Assembly (NCBI GenBank): GCA_964528605.1
Contig: CAZGSV010000009.1
Span: 156-64,155, forward strand
Length of the DNA stretch: 64,000 nucleotides
DNA from: an uncultured Armatimonadia bacterium
GTDB taxonomy: Bacteria; Armatimonadota; Zipacnadia; CAZGSV01
Direction: 5' to 3'
Within the stretch, counting starts at the first letter, position 1, and every line of letters begins with the position of its first letter. This document shows, one piece after another, positions 18,938-27,325 of this stretch. A program made the translations under genes and the position numbers. The notes beneath the pieces were generated by a model. That model did no database searches and was not told the DNA's origin. It saw only the letters and a program-made list of their open reading frames with translations.

Positions 18938-20461
18938 CTAATAGGGCGTCACAAAGCGCGCGCCCGCCTCCATCACCATGGCCTGAAGCCCCTGGCACGC
19001 CAGCAGCAGCCCAACCACCCACCGCCTGGCGCTTCCCTCCATCGCCAACCCCCTCGCCCCCAGAACCACCGGCACCGGAGTGAGGAACAGCCATATCCGG
19101 GCCACCTCCGCCCGCGTCGCCCCGCTCAGGTCCAGCACAAGCAGCGCCAACCCGAACGCCGCTACCAGCGCCGGCGCCGTCGCCTCATCCTCGCCCACGC
19201 CCCGCCAGGCGCGCCTCGCCGCCGCCAGCGCGAGCAAGCAGACCGGCAACCCAAGCATAACGCCGAAGTCTACCAGGTTCCCCGCCACCCAATGCGAGTA
19301 AGCCCGGCTCCACCACTCAGTGACCACTCGGTGATGCGCCGCCGTAGCGTTCCTGAACACGGCCACGATGTCGCACCCGGTCAACGCGTAGAGCGCCAGC
19401 GCAGGCAGCGCCGTCCCCAACGCCAGCGCAACCACGTCCACCAGCGCCCGCCAGACCCACCGCGGCCCCCTGATGTGAGAGCGGCGCAACACCACGGCCA
19501 ACCCGGCGACCACATCCAGCACCAGAATCCCGAACGTCACCAGCCCCCCCGCTCCCACCACCAACCCCGGCAGTAGCAGCGCCTCGCCTCCGCCCCGCTG
19601 CATTGCCCACACCAGTGCGACCAGCGCCAGCGCCCCGACCAGCATCACCACCTGGTCGAGTGTCGGCATGAACACCAGCACGCTCGGCACCAGGCCGAAC
19701 GTCAGCCCCGCCAGCAGCGCCGTTTCCTCGTCGAAAAGCCGCGCCGCCAGCGCGTACACCGCCAGGCACGTCAGCCAACCCGCCGCGGCCAGAAAGACCG
19801 CCACCCAGAACGCGCCCACCACCTCCGCCGTCGTCAGGTCCGCCTTGCCCAGCGCTCGCGCCAACACCGCCGTCACCCCCTGGGGAGGCGCGTAGAAGGC
19901 CATGCCGGCAACGTTGCGCGCAAAGAGCGGGAACTGGTCCGTCGCCCGCCGCAGCAGCCACATCACCGTGACCGCGCCCGGCGGATGGGTCTGCAAGTGA
20001 TAGGGCAGCGCTCGCATGGCTTGCGGATACGCGCGCACGTACGCCCGCAAGTCATCAACCTTACTCGCCTCGCCATAGTACGAGGTCGCCACTTCGCTCA
20101 ACAGCACCTGCGCCGCCCCCACCGCCCAGTGGGGCGTCAATGCAATCACGCCCACGCGCGTCAGCAGCCCCGTGCCCAGCAAGGCCGCCAGCACCAGTCC
20201 CGCACCTCGCCTCCCACGCCGCACCAGTCGCCATATCGAGAAGCCGAGGTACACCGCGCAGCCGAAACACAAAGCAGCGATCGCCAGACGCTGCGGCTCG
20301 GGGAAGGTGTCGTATCGCCACACCCACTCCCCCGGTATGCCCAGTGGCAGCAGCCGCCGCCAGACCACCACGCACAGCGCTAAGGTCGCCGCCACTATCA
20401 CCACCACCAGCCACGTGCGTGGCCGCGGCGTAGTCTGCGCTTCCGAGCTAGCAGTCCTCAT
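18938..20461 (-). CDS. Polytopic integral membrane protein (possible GT-C-type glycosyltransferase)
   Basis: 507 aa with more than 10 TM helices. Adjacent to the GT-C/Ppm genes. No diagnostic motif. Confidence 0.4.
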   Translation of the reverse strand: MRTASSEAQTTPRPRTWLVVVIVAATLALCVVVWRRLLPLGIPGEWVWRYDTFPEPQRLAIAALCFGCAVYLGFSIWRLVRRGRRGAGLVLAALLGTGLLTRVGVIALTPHWAVGAAQVLLSEVATSYYGEASKVDDLRAYVRAYPQAMRALPYHLQTHPPGAVTVMWLLRRATDQFPLFARNVAGMAFYAPPQGVTAVLARALGKADLTTAEVVGAFWVAVFLAAAGWLTCLAVYALAARLFDEETALLAGLTFGLVPSVLVFMPTLDQVVMLVGALALVALVWAMQRGGGEALLLPGLVVGAGGLVTFGILVLDVVAGLAVVLRRSHIRGPRWVWRALVDVVALALGTALPALALYALTGCDIVAVFRNATAAHHRVVTEWWSRAYSHWVAGNLVDFGVMLGLPVCLLALAAARRAWRGVGEDEATAPALVAAFGLALLVLDLSGATRAEVARIWLFLTPVPVVLGARGLAMEGSARRWVVGLLLACQGLQAMVMEAGARFVTPY

Positions 20462-20604
20462 AGTCTGGCCAAGGTGCCCGTTTCCAGGCGGCTCACCTCA
20501 TACGATATGTGCCTGGCTCTGCTCTGGCAAGAGCGGCCCAACCAGCCCTCGCGCCTCGCGCCCCTCAAGTTGCGCCTGCGCTCCCCCGCCACTAGACTTC
20601 CACC

Positions 20605-22341
20605 ATGCGACGCGAACCGGCCTCCGCCAAGCGAGGCGCCGGCAAGCCTGCCGGCCCCGTCAGGCAGCGCTCGCCTATCTCCTGCGCGCGCTGGCTGGGC
20701 GAGTTCGTGGGCCTCCCCGCACTGCTCGCGCTGGTCATCATCCGCGTCCGCCTGGTCGCCTGGCCCTACGGCTTCGACATCGGCGACGAAGGCTACTTCA
20801 ACGTCGTGGCCTGGAAGATGCTCGACGGCTGGGCCCTCTACAAGGACCTCCAGAGCGTCTACACGCCCGGCTTACACCTGCTCCAGGCCGCCATATTCCG
20901 GCTATCCGAACCCAACGCCTACTACGGCAAGGCCATCAACATCTGCACCATGGTCCCCGCCGGGGTGATGCTCTACTTCATCCTGCGCCCGTACATCCAT
21001 CCGCTCCTTGCCTTCCTGGGCGCATGCTATCTGCCCGCCATGGCCAACGGATACTACCCAGGCCACGTTCCCGTCTTCGCCGCCCTACTCCTCGTCGCCT
21101 GGCCCGGCTACGATCGCTCGCGGCCGGCCCAGTGGTGCGCGGGCCTGCTCGCCGGGCTGGGCGTGTTGGGCAAGCACGAGGTCGGCATCGCGGGCACGGC
21201 CGGAATCCTCATCGCCACGCTGGTCCTCCAGCGTGAGGGCAAGGGCTGGCACTCCTTGCGGCCCGCGCTGCCCGCGGCCGCTAGGGTCGTGGCGGGCGCC
21301 GCTATCCCAGTGGTCGCCTTCCTGGCCTACGAGTCCGCCCGCGGCCGTTGGTCCGATATCTACTACTTCCTCTGGGTCGCGCCTCGGCGCTGGGGCAAGG
21401 TGCTCGCGCGTTCCCGCGGATGGCTTGCCCTCCCCACCAAGGGCGGCGGACTGCCCTACCTCTTCCACTCCGCCCGCGTCGCCGACTTCTACAGCCCGCT
21501 CCTCTTCATCCCCGTCGGTCTCGCCGTCCTGGCCTGGCGCGCCGCCAAGGCCAAAGCCTCCCGCGCCGAACTCGCGCTCCTCGGCCCAGGAATCATGTCG
21601 GGCCTCCTCATGATCCTGGTGCTGACCGCCCGCGATGTCTACCACCTTCACTCCTGCCGCTTGCCCGGCCTGGCCATGGAGGCATTCCTCTTTGTCTGGG
21701 GCCTCCGTTGGCTCGCCAATAGGTTCAGGGGCCTCAGCCAGGTCCACCCGCTCGCCTGGCTAGGCCCGGCGCTCGTGTGGTCGGCGCTGCTCGTGATCTG
21801 GGTCGCCCGCGTCCCCGACTACCTCATCATGTTCACCCACAACGTGGCCGCCGGCCAGCCCGGCCTCGAGCCTCGGCAGGCCCAGGTGCTGGCCACCTGG
21901 CAACAGCCCCAAGTGCCGCACGCCGGCCCCATACGCCTCCCAGCGGTCGAACGGGTCATGTGGGAGAAGACCCTTGCCTACGTGCGCGCGCATTCCCGCC
22001 CCGGTGCCTCCGTCTTCGCCGCCCCAGGCGCGCCTGCCCTCTACTTCTTTACCGACCGCCAGCCGCCCACCCGCTTCTTGCTTTTCTATCCGGGTATGGT
22101 CGATCAGAAACACCAGCGCGAGATCCTGCGTGACCTCATCCGCGCCAACATTGACCTCGTAGTCTTCAACGGCAAGCCCGAGGCGGACTTCTGCGGCATG
22201 TCCTTCGCCCAGCAATGCCCCCAACTCTACCGCTGGATCATGGCCAACTTCCGTTGGGACAGAACCATCCACACCCTGGAGTTCTACCTGCCCGTCGGCC
22301 GGGCCGATGCTCAGTCGGCCCTTGCCGGCAGCCTGCCGTAG
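20605..22341 (+). CDS. GT-C-fold membrane glycosyltransferase (PMT/ArnT/GT39-like)
   Basis: 578 aa and polytopic; an early-loop DEGYF motif is typical of GT-C enzymes. Its 3' end overlaps the convergent Ppm-synthase gene by 31 nt. Confidence 0.5.
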   Translation: MRREPASAKRGAGKPAGPVRQRSPISCARWLGEFVGLPALLALVIIRVRLVAWPYGFDIGDEGYFNVVAWKMLDGWALYKDLQSVYTPGLHLLQAAIFRLSEPNAYYGKAINICTMVPAGVMLYFILRPYIHPLLAFLGACYLPAMANGYYPGHVPVFAALLLVAWPGYDRSRPAQWCAGLLAGLGVLGKHEVGIAGTAGILIATLVLQREGKGWHSLRPALPAAARVVAGAAIPVVAFLAYESARGRWSDIYYFLWVAPRRWGKVLARSRGWLALPTKGGGLPYLFHSARVADFYSPLLFIPVGLAVLAWRAAKAKASRAELALLGPGIMSGLLMILVLTARDVYHLHSCRLPGLAMEAFLFVWGLRWLANRFRGLSQVHPLAWLGPALVWSALLVIWVARVPDYLIMFTHNVAAGQPGLEPRQAQVLATWQQPQVPHAGPIRLPAVERVMWEKTLAYVRAHSRPGASVFAAPGAPALYFFTDRQPPTRFLLFYPGMVDQKHQREILRDLIRANIDLVVFNGKPEADFCGMSFAQQCPQLYRWIMANFRWDRTIHTLEFYLPVGRADAQSALAGSLP

Positions 22342-23069
22342 GCCCGCCGCAGTCGCCAGACAATGCGCGCCTCGCCCACTACCTCGCGCACGCTCACCTT
22401 GGACCGTCCCCGACGCCGGTCCACAAACACAATCGGCGCTTCGCCCACCGTGCACCCCGCCCTCAGCAGCCGATAGAGAATCTCCACCAGACACCCGTAG
22501 CCTGGCTCCAGCATCCCCTCCATCGGCAGCCGCTCGAGGCCCTCCCGCCGGTAGCACCTGAAGCCGGAGGTGCAGTCCCGCACCGACATCCCCAGCACCC
22601 TCCGCGCCCCCCAGTTGGCTAGCTGGCTCATGACCCGCCGCCGCACGCCCCAGTTGCGTGTGCCCCCCCCGGAGACGTAGCGCGAGCCAATGCACACCTC
22701 CGCCGACTCCGTGCCCGCGATCAGCTGCGGCACGTACCAGGGATCGTGGGAGAAGTCCGCATCCATCGTCACCACCCGCTCGTAGGTTCCCTTGAGCGCG
22801 TAGCGGAATCCGGCCACATACGCTGTCCCCAGCCCCATCTTCCCCGGCCGCAGCAGAATCCTCACCCGCGGGTTCTCGTGCGACAGCGCCAGCGCTACTT
22901 GCCCCGTCAGGTCGGGCGAATTGTCGTCCACCACCAGCACCTCTATGTGCTCTCCCAACCCCAGCAACTGCTCGGCCAGCGGCCTCAGATTCTCTCGCTC
23001 GTTGTACGTGGGCAAGACCACCAGGGTCCTTGGTGCCGCCCGCGCTTCCCCTTCGGCGTTACCGGCCAT
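22311..23069 (-). CDS. Polyprenol/dolichol-phosphate mannosyltransferase (GT2, Ppm1/Dpm1-like)
   Basis: VVLPTYNERENL, VVDDNSPD.T, RPGKMGLGTAYVAGF, MDADFSHDP are classic GT2 DPM-synthase blocks. ATG 23069 has a GAGGGA SD; the ORF-track start at 23087 is a TTG. Confidence 0.75.
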   Translation of the reverse strand: MAGNAEGEARAAPRTLVVLPTYNERENLRPLAEQLLGLGEHIEVLVVDDNSPDLTGQVALALSHENPRVRILLRPGKMGLGTAYVAGFRYALKGTYERVVTMDADFSHDPWYVPQLIAGTESAEVCIGSRYVSGGGTRNWGVRRRVMSQLANWGARRVLGMSVRDCTSGFRCYRREGLERLPMEGMLEPGYGCLVEILYRLLRAGCTVGEAPIVFVDRRRGRSKVSVREVVGEARIVWRLRRAYGRLPARAD

Positions 23070-23357
23070 CGCGTCCCTCGCCTGCAATATGCCCCCCCTG
23101 CCCGATCGGCAGAGAGCATCAGTGGCGCAAGCCTAGCACCTCGCGCCCGAGCCGGCAAAACAGCGGGCCCAACACAACTTGGCCGCACCTCACCGCACCA
23201 ACGTTGACTCTCTCGCGGCAAACCGTTAGCCTGCGCCTGACTGGCCGAATCCCATCCTGCCTCGACAGCGCTAACCGCGGCAGTGACTCTGACTTTTTCC
23301 GCGCCCAGCCAAGGCCCGGGCGCTTCACGAGGTGCCGAACCGCGAGATGAACGACCG

Positions 23358-24560
23358 ATGAGAGTGGAGGTGCTCGCCGTGCTCATAGCATTGCTCTCCC
23401 TCACAGCCGTCCCAGCACAGGCGCGAGGCAAGATCCTCGTCTACAACCCGCTCGAGGGCGCCGAGGGCGACCCCATCCGCCATAGCCTCCTCTCCCAGTT
23501 CCGGGACCAGAACCCCGATCTGCAAGTCGAGGAACGCGAAGCGCCGTCCGCATACCTGCAAGAGGCCCAAAGCCTCGCCCAGCAGCCAGGCCAGGCCGTC
23601 TTCACCATCATCTATGCCATCAAGTTCCCTCGCCTGGCCGACCAGGGCGTGTTGGCCCCCATTGACCGCCTGGCCCCGGCAGAACTGTGGCAGGATCACT
23701 ACCCCAAGGTGCTTCAGACGGTCACCTACAAGGATCGCATCTGGGCCCTGCCCCTCGAGGCCAACCCCTATGGCCTCTTCTGCAACCTCGAGCACTTCCG
23801 CGAGGCCGGCGTGGGCCTGCCCACAACCTGGGAGGAAACGCTGGCCGCGGCCCGAGCGCTCACGCGCGACACCGACGGCGATGGCAAGATTGACCGCTGG
23901 GGCTACACCCAGTGCACCTTCCAGTTCCCCCTCGAACTGTGGTCCTACGGCATTGACGTCATCCGCCCCGACGGCGCCGTCGGCTTTGCCGACCCACCCG
24001 CGGCCGAGATCCTCCACTGGTACTGGGAACTCCGCCACTACTCCCCGCCCCACGTGGACTTCGAGCGCGGCGACGTCGCCATGAAGGTCAGCGTTACCGA
24101 CAACCTCAGCCGCTATCGCCATATGGACTACAAAGTCATCCCACTGCCCCGAGGCACCCGCCGCGTCAACTCGCTCGGCGGCTCGAACTCCACCCTGGGG
24201 CTGGTGCTCATCAATGGCAGCGACCCCGAGGTCGCCAAGCGTTTCCTCGCCTTCTGGGCCTGGCCGCCCGCCTACCTCCGCTGGTGCACCTGGACTCACA
24301 ACCTGCCGCTGCGCAAGTCCATTCGCCAAGGCGCCGCTTACCAGAGATACCTGCTGCGCAATCCGGCCATGCAGGTCTTTAACGACGACTTCGATTACGC
24401 CCTGCCCCGGCCCGTCCGGCCCGAATACGATCCCATCCACGACATCGTCGCGCGCCTCACCAACTGGGCCGCCGGCCAGCCGACGCAGCCCTCCGTCCAA
24501 CAGTGCCAGGCCAGACTCGACCAAGCGAAGATAGAGGCGGAAGCGCTGCTGCCCAAGTAG
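23358..24560 (+). CDS. Extracellular solute-binding protein, family 1 (sugar-ABC SBP), paralog 1
   Basis: Signal peptide MRVEVLAVLIALLSLTAVPAQA. ALPLEANPYGLFCNLEHFREAGV.LPTTWEETLAAARALTRDTDGDGK is a MalE-type SBP_bac_1 hallmark. Confidence 0.7.
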   Translation: MRVEVLAVLIALLSLTAVPAQARGKILVYNPLEGAEGDPIRHSLLSQFRDQNPDLQVEEREAPSAYLQEAQSLAQQPGQAVFTIIYAIKFPRLADQGVLAPIDRLAPAELWQDHYPKVLQTVTYKDRIWALPLEANPYGLFCNLEHFREAGVGLPTTWEETLAAARALTRDTDGDGKIDRWGYTQCTFQFPLELWSYGIDVIRPDGAVGFADPPAAEILHWYWELRHYSPPHVDFERGDVAMKVSVTDNLSRYRHMDYKVIPLPRGTRRVNSLGGSNSTLGLVLINGSDPEVAKRFLAFWAWPPAYLRWCTWTHNLPLRKSIRQGAAYQRYLLRNPAMQVFNDDFDYALPRPVRPEYDPIHDIVARLTNWAAGQPTQPSVQQCQARLDQAKIEAEALLPK

Positions 24561-24642
24561 CCTCCTCAGGTTCGACGCATCCCGCCCGGCAACCCACGCC
24601 AGCCCGTCCAGGCGGAACCATCACCAGGAGTGTGGTCAAGGT

Positions 24643-25818
24643 ATGATATTCGCTCTGCTGTGCTCCTCCGCAGTTCAGGCGGCAACCCGAGGCAAGATCG
24701 TCTTCTACAACCCCATCGCCGGCGCGGAAGGCGAGCCCTTCAACCGCACCCTCATACCTCACTTCGCCGATGAGAACCGCGACCTAGAGGCCGAAGAGCG
24801 CCCGCTCACGGACTCCAACTGGGACCAGGCTCTCGAATGCGCCCGCCAGCCCGGCCACGCCGCCTTCACCCTCACCACCGCCATCAAACTCCCCTCCTTC
24901 GCCGACCAGGCCGCGATTGTGCCCATGGACCACCTCGCTCCCGCCGCTCTCTGGCAGGACTACTATCCCAAAGTAATGCAGACCGTAACCTACAAAGGCC
25001 GCATATGGGAGATGCCGCTGGAGGCCAACCCGTACGCGCTCTTCTGCAACCTGGAACACTTCAACGCCGCCGGCGTGCGCATCCCCACCACTTGGGAGGA
25101 AACCCTCGAGGCCGCGCGCGCCTTGACGCGAGACACTAACGGCGACGGCAAGCCGGACCTCTACGGCTACACTCAGTGCACCTATCAGTTCCCCCTGGAA
25201 CTCTGGTCCTACGGTGTGGACTTGGTCACCCTGGACGGCGCAGTCCGCTTCGCTGATCCGCCCGCGGCGGAGATCCTCTGCTGGTACGCGAAACTGCGCT
25301 CCTACTCGCCCCCCCACGTCTCCTTCGAGCGCGATGATGTCGCCATGAAACTCAGCACGGTGGATGACATGCCCCACTACCGGCACCTCGACTTCACCGT
25401 CGTTCCCTTGCCGAGCGGTACCCGGCACATCAACTCCCTCGGCGGCTCCAACTCGGCCATGGGCATGGTGCTCCTCGCCGGCAGCGACCGGGAACTCGCC
25501 TCGCGCTTCCTCACCTTCTGGTCCCGCGAAGACGTCTACCTCCGCTCCTGCGTGCCTGTCCTGCTCGTGGCCCTGCGCAAGTCGGTACGCGAGAGCGCCC
25601 CCTACCAACGCTACCTGCGCCGCAATCCGGAGGTCCAACTCTTCGACGCCGAACTCGACTATGCCCTGCCTCGCCCCTGCATGCCCCAGTACGAGCCCAT
25701 CCACGAGATCGTCGCTCGCTTCACCGGCTGGGCCAGCAGCACCCGCCCGACCGTCGAGCAGTGCCAGGCCAAACTCGAGGAAGCCAAGAAGGAAGCGCAG
25801 GCCCTCTTCCACAAGTAG
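24643..25818 (+). CDS. Extracellular solute-binding protein, family 1, paralog 2
   Basis: About 60% identical to paralog 1 throughout (EMPLEANPYALFCNLEHFNAAGVRIPTTWEETLEAARALTRDTNGDGKPD). ATG has a GGAG SD. Confidence 0.7.
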   Translation: MIFALLCSSAVQAATRGKIVFYNPIAGAEGEPFNRTLIPHFADENRDLEAEERPLTDSNWDQALECARQPGHAAFTLTTAIKLPSFADQAAIVPMDHLAPAALWQDYYPKVMQTVTYKGRIWEMPLEANPYALFCNLEHFNAAGVRIPTTWEETLEAARALTRDTNGDGKPDLYGYTQCTYQFPLELWSYGVDLVTLDGAVRFADPPAAEILCWYAKLRSYSPPHVSFERDDVAMKLSTVDDMPHYRHLDFTVVPLPSGTRHINSLGGSNSAMGMVLLAGSDRELASRFLTFWSREDVYLRSCVPVLLVALRKSVRESAPYQRYLRRNPEVQLFDAELDYALPRPCMPQYEPIHEIVARFTGWASSTRPTVEQCQAKLEEAKKEAQALFHK

Positions 25819-25842
25819 CGGCTCGCTGATCCCCGCGGCCGT

Positions 25843-25870
25843 TGACCACCACTGCCGCGCGCGGTATCAT
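25843..25870 (+). promoter_or_regulatory. Candidate sigma70 promoter for tRNA-Leu(GAG)
   Basis: TTGACC (25843-48), 16-nt spacer, TATCAT (25865-70), ending about 10 nt before the tRNA 5' end. Confidence 0.45.
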
Positions 25871-25880
25871 TTTCAAGTCC

Positions 25881-25969
25881 GCCCAGGTGGTGGAATTGGT
25901 AGACACGCAAGGTTGAGGGCCTTGTGAACGCATTAGTTCATGGGGGTTCGAGTCCCCCCCTGGGCACCA
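25881..25969 (+). tRNA. tRNA-Leu(GAG)
   Basis: Acceptor GCCCAGG/CCTGGGC, anticodon stem CAAGG/CCTTG with loop TTGAGGG, long variable arm, T-arm GGGGG-TTCGAGT-CCCCC, encoded CCA. Confidence 0.85.
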
Positions 25970-26022
25970 GCGGTAGCAGCCCGCGCTCAACCTCCGCGAG
26001 AGACGGATGTTGAAAGCGCACG

Positions 26023-26100
26023 GTGGGCGGTTGGCTCAGCGGCGACGCGCCCCGCCAACCGCGGGGAGGTCGCAGGTTCACCGCACTTTGAGATGTCATG
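26023..26100 (+). pseudogene. Degenerate tRNA-Val-like pseudo-tRNA
   Basis: The 5' part is identical to tRNA-Val (GGTGGGCGGTTGGCTCAGCGGC). The anticodon arm is altered (CCCCG-CCAACCG-CGGGG), the T-loop has a 5-nt deletion (GCAGGTTCA-CCGCAC), and there is no acceptor 3' strand. It is followed by a 14-nt spacer TTTGAGATGTCATG. Confidence 0.4.
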
Positions 26101-26102
26101 GT

Positions 26103-26177
26103 GGGCGGTTGGCTCAGCGGCAGAGCGCTTGCTTCACACGCAAGAGGTCGCAGGTTCAAATCCCGCACCGCCCACCA
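26103..26177 (+). tRNA. tRNA-Val(CAC)
   Basis: Acceptor GGGCGGT/ACCGCCC, D-arm GCTC-AGCGGCA-GAGC, anticodon stem CTTGC/GCAAG with loop TTCACAC, T-arm GCAGG-TTCAAAT-CCCGC (one A-C mismatch), encoded CCA. Confidence 0.8.
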
Positions 26178-26218
26178 CCTGCCATTACCTTTCCCCCCAC
26201 CCAGCCTCCCACCGCGCG

Positions 26219-26280
26219 GAGGCCGCAGGTTCGCCGCACCTTGAGATGTCATGGTGGGCGGTTGGCTCAGCGGCGACGCG
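26219..26280 (+). pseudogene. Pseudo-tRNA-Val fragments: a 3'-part-like segment, the 14-nt spacer, then a 5' half
   Basis: AGGCCGCAGGTTCGCCGCAC-CTTGAGATGTCATG-GTGGGCGGTTGGCTCAGCGGCGACGCG repeats the junction seen upstream of tRNA-Val. Confidence 0.35.
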
Positions 26281-26401
26281 GCCTCAAGCGCCCGCGCCCC
26301 GTCTACCGTATGCCGTCTACCGTCTGTTCCTCCCTCCCTGGCTACTGTCTACTGTCTGCTGGCTACTTCCCCCTCCCCTCTGCCCACTGCCCTCATCCCC
26401 C

Positions 26402-26430
26402 TTGCGCCCACCCGTGCGCCGGGCTAGAAT
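26402..26430 (+). promoter_or_regulatory. Candidate sigma70 promoter for tRNA-Gly
   Basis: TTGCGC, 17-nt spacer, TAGAAT (26425-30), 10 nt upstream of the tRNA start. Confidence 0.45.
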
Positions 26431-26440
26431 TGCCCACCGA

Positions 26441-26515
26441 GCGGAATTAGCTCAACGGTAGAGCAGCGGCTTCCCAAGCCGAAGGTTGCGGGTTCGAATC
26501 CCGTATTCCGCTCCA
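26441..26515 (+). tRNA. tRNA-Gly(CCC)
   Basis: GCGGAAT-TA-GCTC-AACGGTA-GAGC-A-GCGGC-TTCCCAA-GCCGA-AGGTT-GCGGG-TTCGAAT-CCCGT-ATTCCGC-T-CCA. Confidence 0.85.
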
Positions 26516-26640
26516 CTGATCGTTGCCACTCCTCCGGGGTGCGGGGTCCAGGCAATAGCGGTCGCGCGAAGGGGCAAGAGGGCGAGGCTACCTTGACCAA
26601 GACAGGCGGCCTCAGGCCTGAGGGCGCGAACAGCCGGAAG

Positions 26641-27180
26641 ATGCGGTCACGGCGCAGGACGCGGAGAGTCATAGTCGGAGCGCTGGTGGCTTACGCCGCC
26701 TTCGCGGCCTGGTGGAAACTTGTTCCCCCCCCGTTTGTCCCCGGGCAGGTGCACGTGTTTGTCCGACGGGTGAGCCCAAGGGGGCTCACGCCTAGGGGAA
26801 AGGTACTGCTCCTGGCATGGCTCGCAAACGGGAGCGACCGCACGGTCGGCGATTCGGATGTGATGAATCCTTGGCATTCCTGTAAGCCCTACAACGTGCT
26901 CCTGACGGACGCGGCCGGGAGGGAGGTACACCCTAGGCCGGTCACGGTCGTGACGCGGGCCGGGAGACCGACGGTTCAGCCGTGGGTGGCCTTTCCGCCC
27001 GGGGCCTGGGTCCGAAGTTGGTTCGTTGTTGACCTCGACGCCTACGACACCAAGCCGGGGCAGCCGTACTGGGCTGAGCCGCGCGTGTATGTCGCGTTTA
27101 GCCCTTGGGGCAAGAGCCCGCCGCCCGGCATCGGCCCCGACTGTCGGGTGGCCACCGACCGGGTCCAGGTGAGTCCGTAG
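26641..27180 (+). CDS. Hypothetical protein with an N-terminal signal anchor
   Basis: MRSRRRTRRVIVGALVAYAAFAAWW then a hydrophilic domain. No recognisable motif. Confidence 0.35.
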   Translation: MRSRRRTRRVIVGALVAYAAFAAWWKLVPPPFVPGQVHVFVRRVSPRGLTPRGKVLLLAWLANGSDRTVGDSDVMNPWHSCKPYNVLLTDAAGREVHPRPVTVVTRAGRPTVQPWVAFPPGAWVRSWFVVDLDAYDTKPGQPYWAEPRVYVAFSPWGKSPPPGIGPDCRVATDRVQVSP

Positions 27181-27325
27181 CATGTCCAACGGAACAACAG
27201 GGCCAAGGGCGGGCTGTGCGCAGACTGCCAACCTCGCGCTCCGCATTGACCCAGCGCCGAAGCGCTGCTAAGGTCGCCGGTCGTCGGCACCCAAGACAGC
27301 CTCAACCGACACGGAGGGTCACGCA

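Noticed and set aside
26281-26440. Short direct repeats (gtctaccgt x3, ggctactgtctactgtctgctggctact) that might look like a CRISPR or mini-satellite
   Set aside because: Units are only 8-12 nt with no regular spacer structure and there are no cas genes nearby. Most likely a slippage-type microrepeat in the tRNA-Gly upstream region.
25940-26461. 173-aa plus-strand ORF with internal repeat EVAGSPHFEMSWWAVGSAA
   Set aside because: It is a translation through the tRNA-Val repeat array and tRNA-Gly region. The repeat in the peptide merely mirrors the tRNA-derived DNA repeats.
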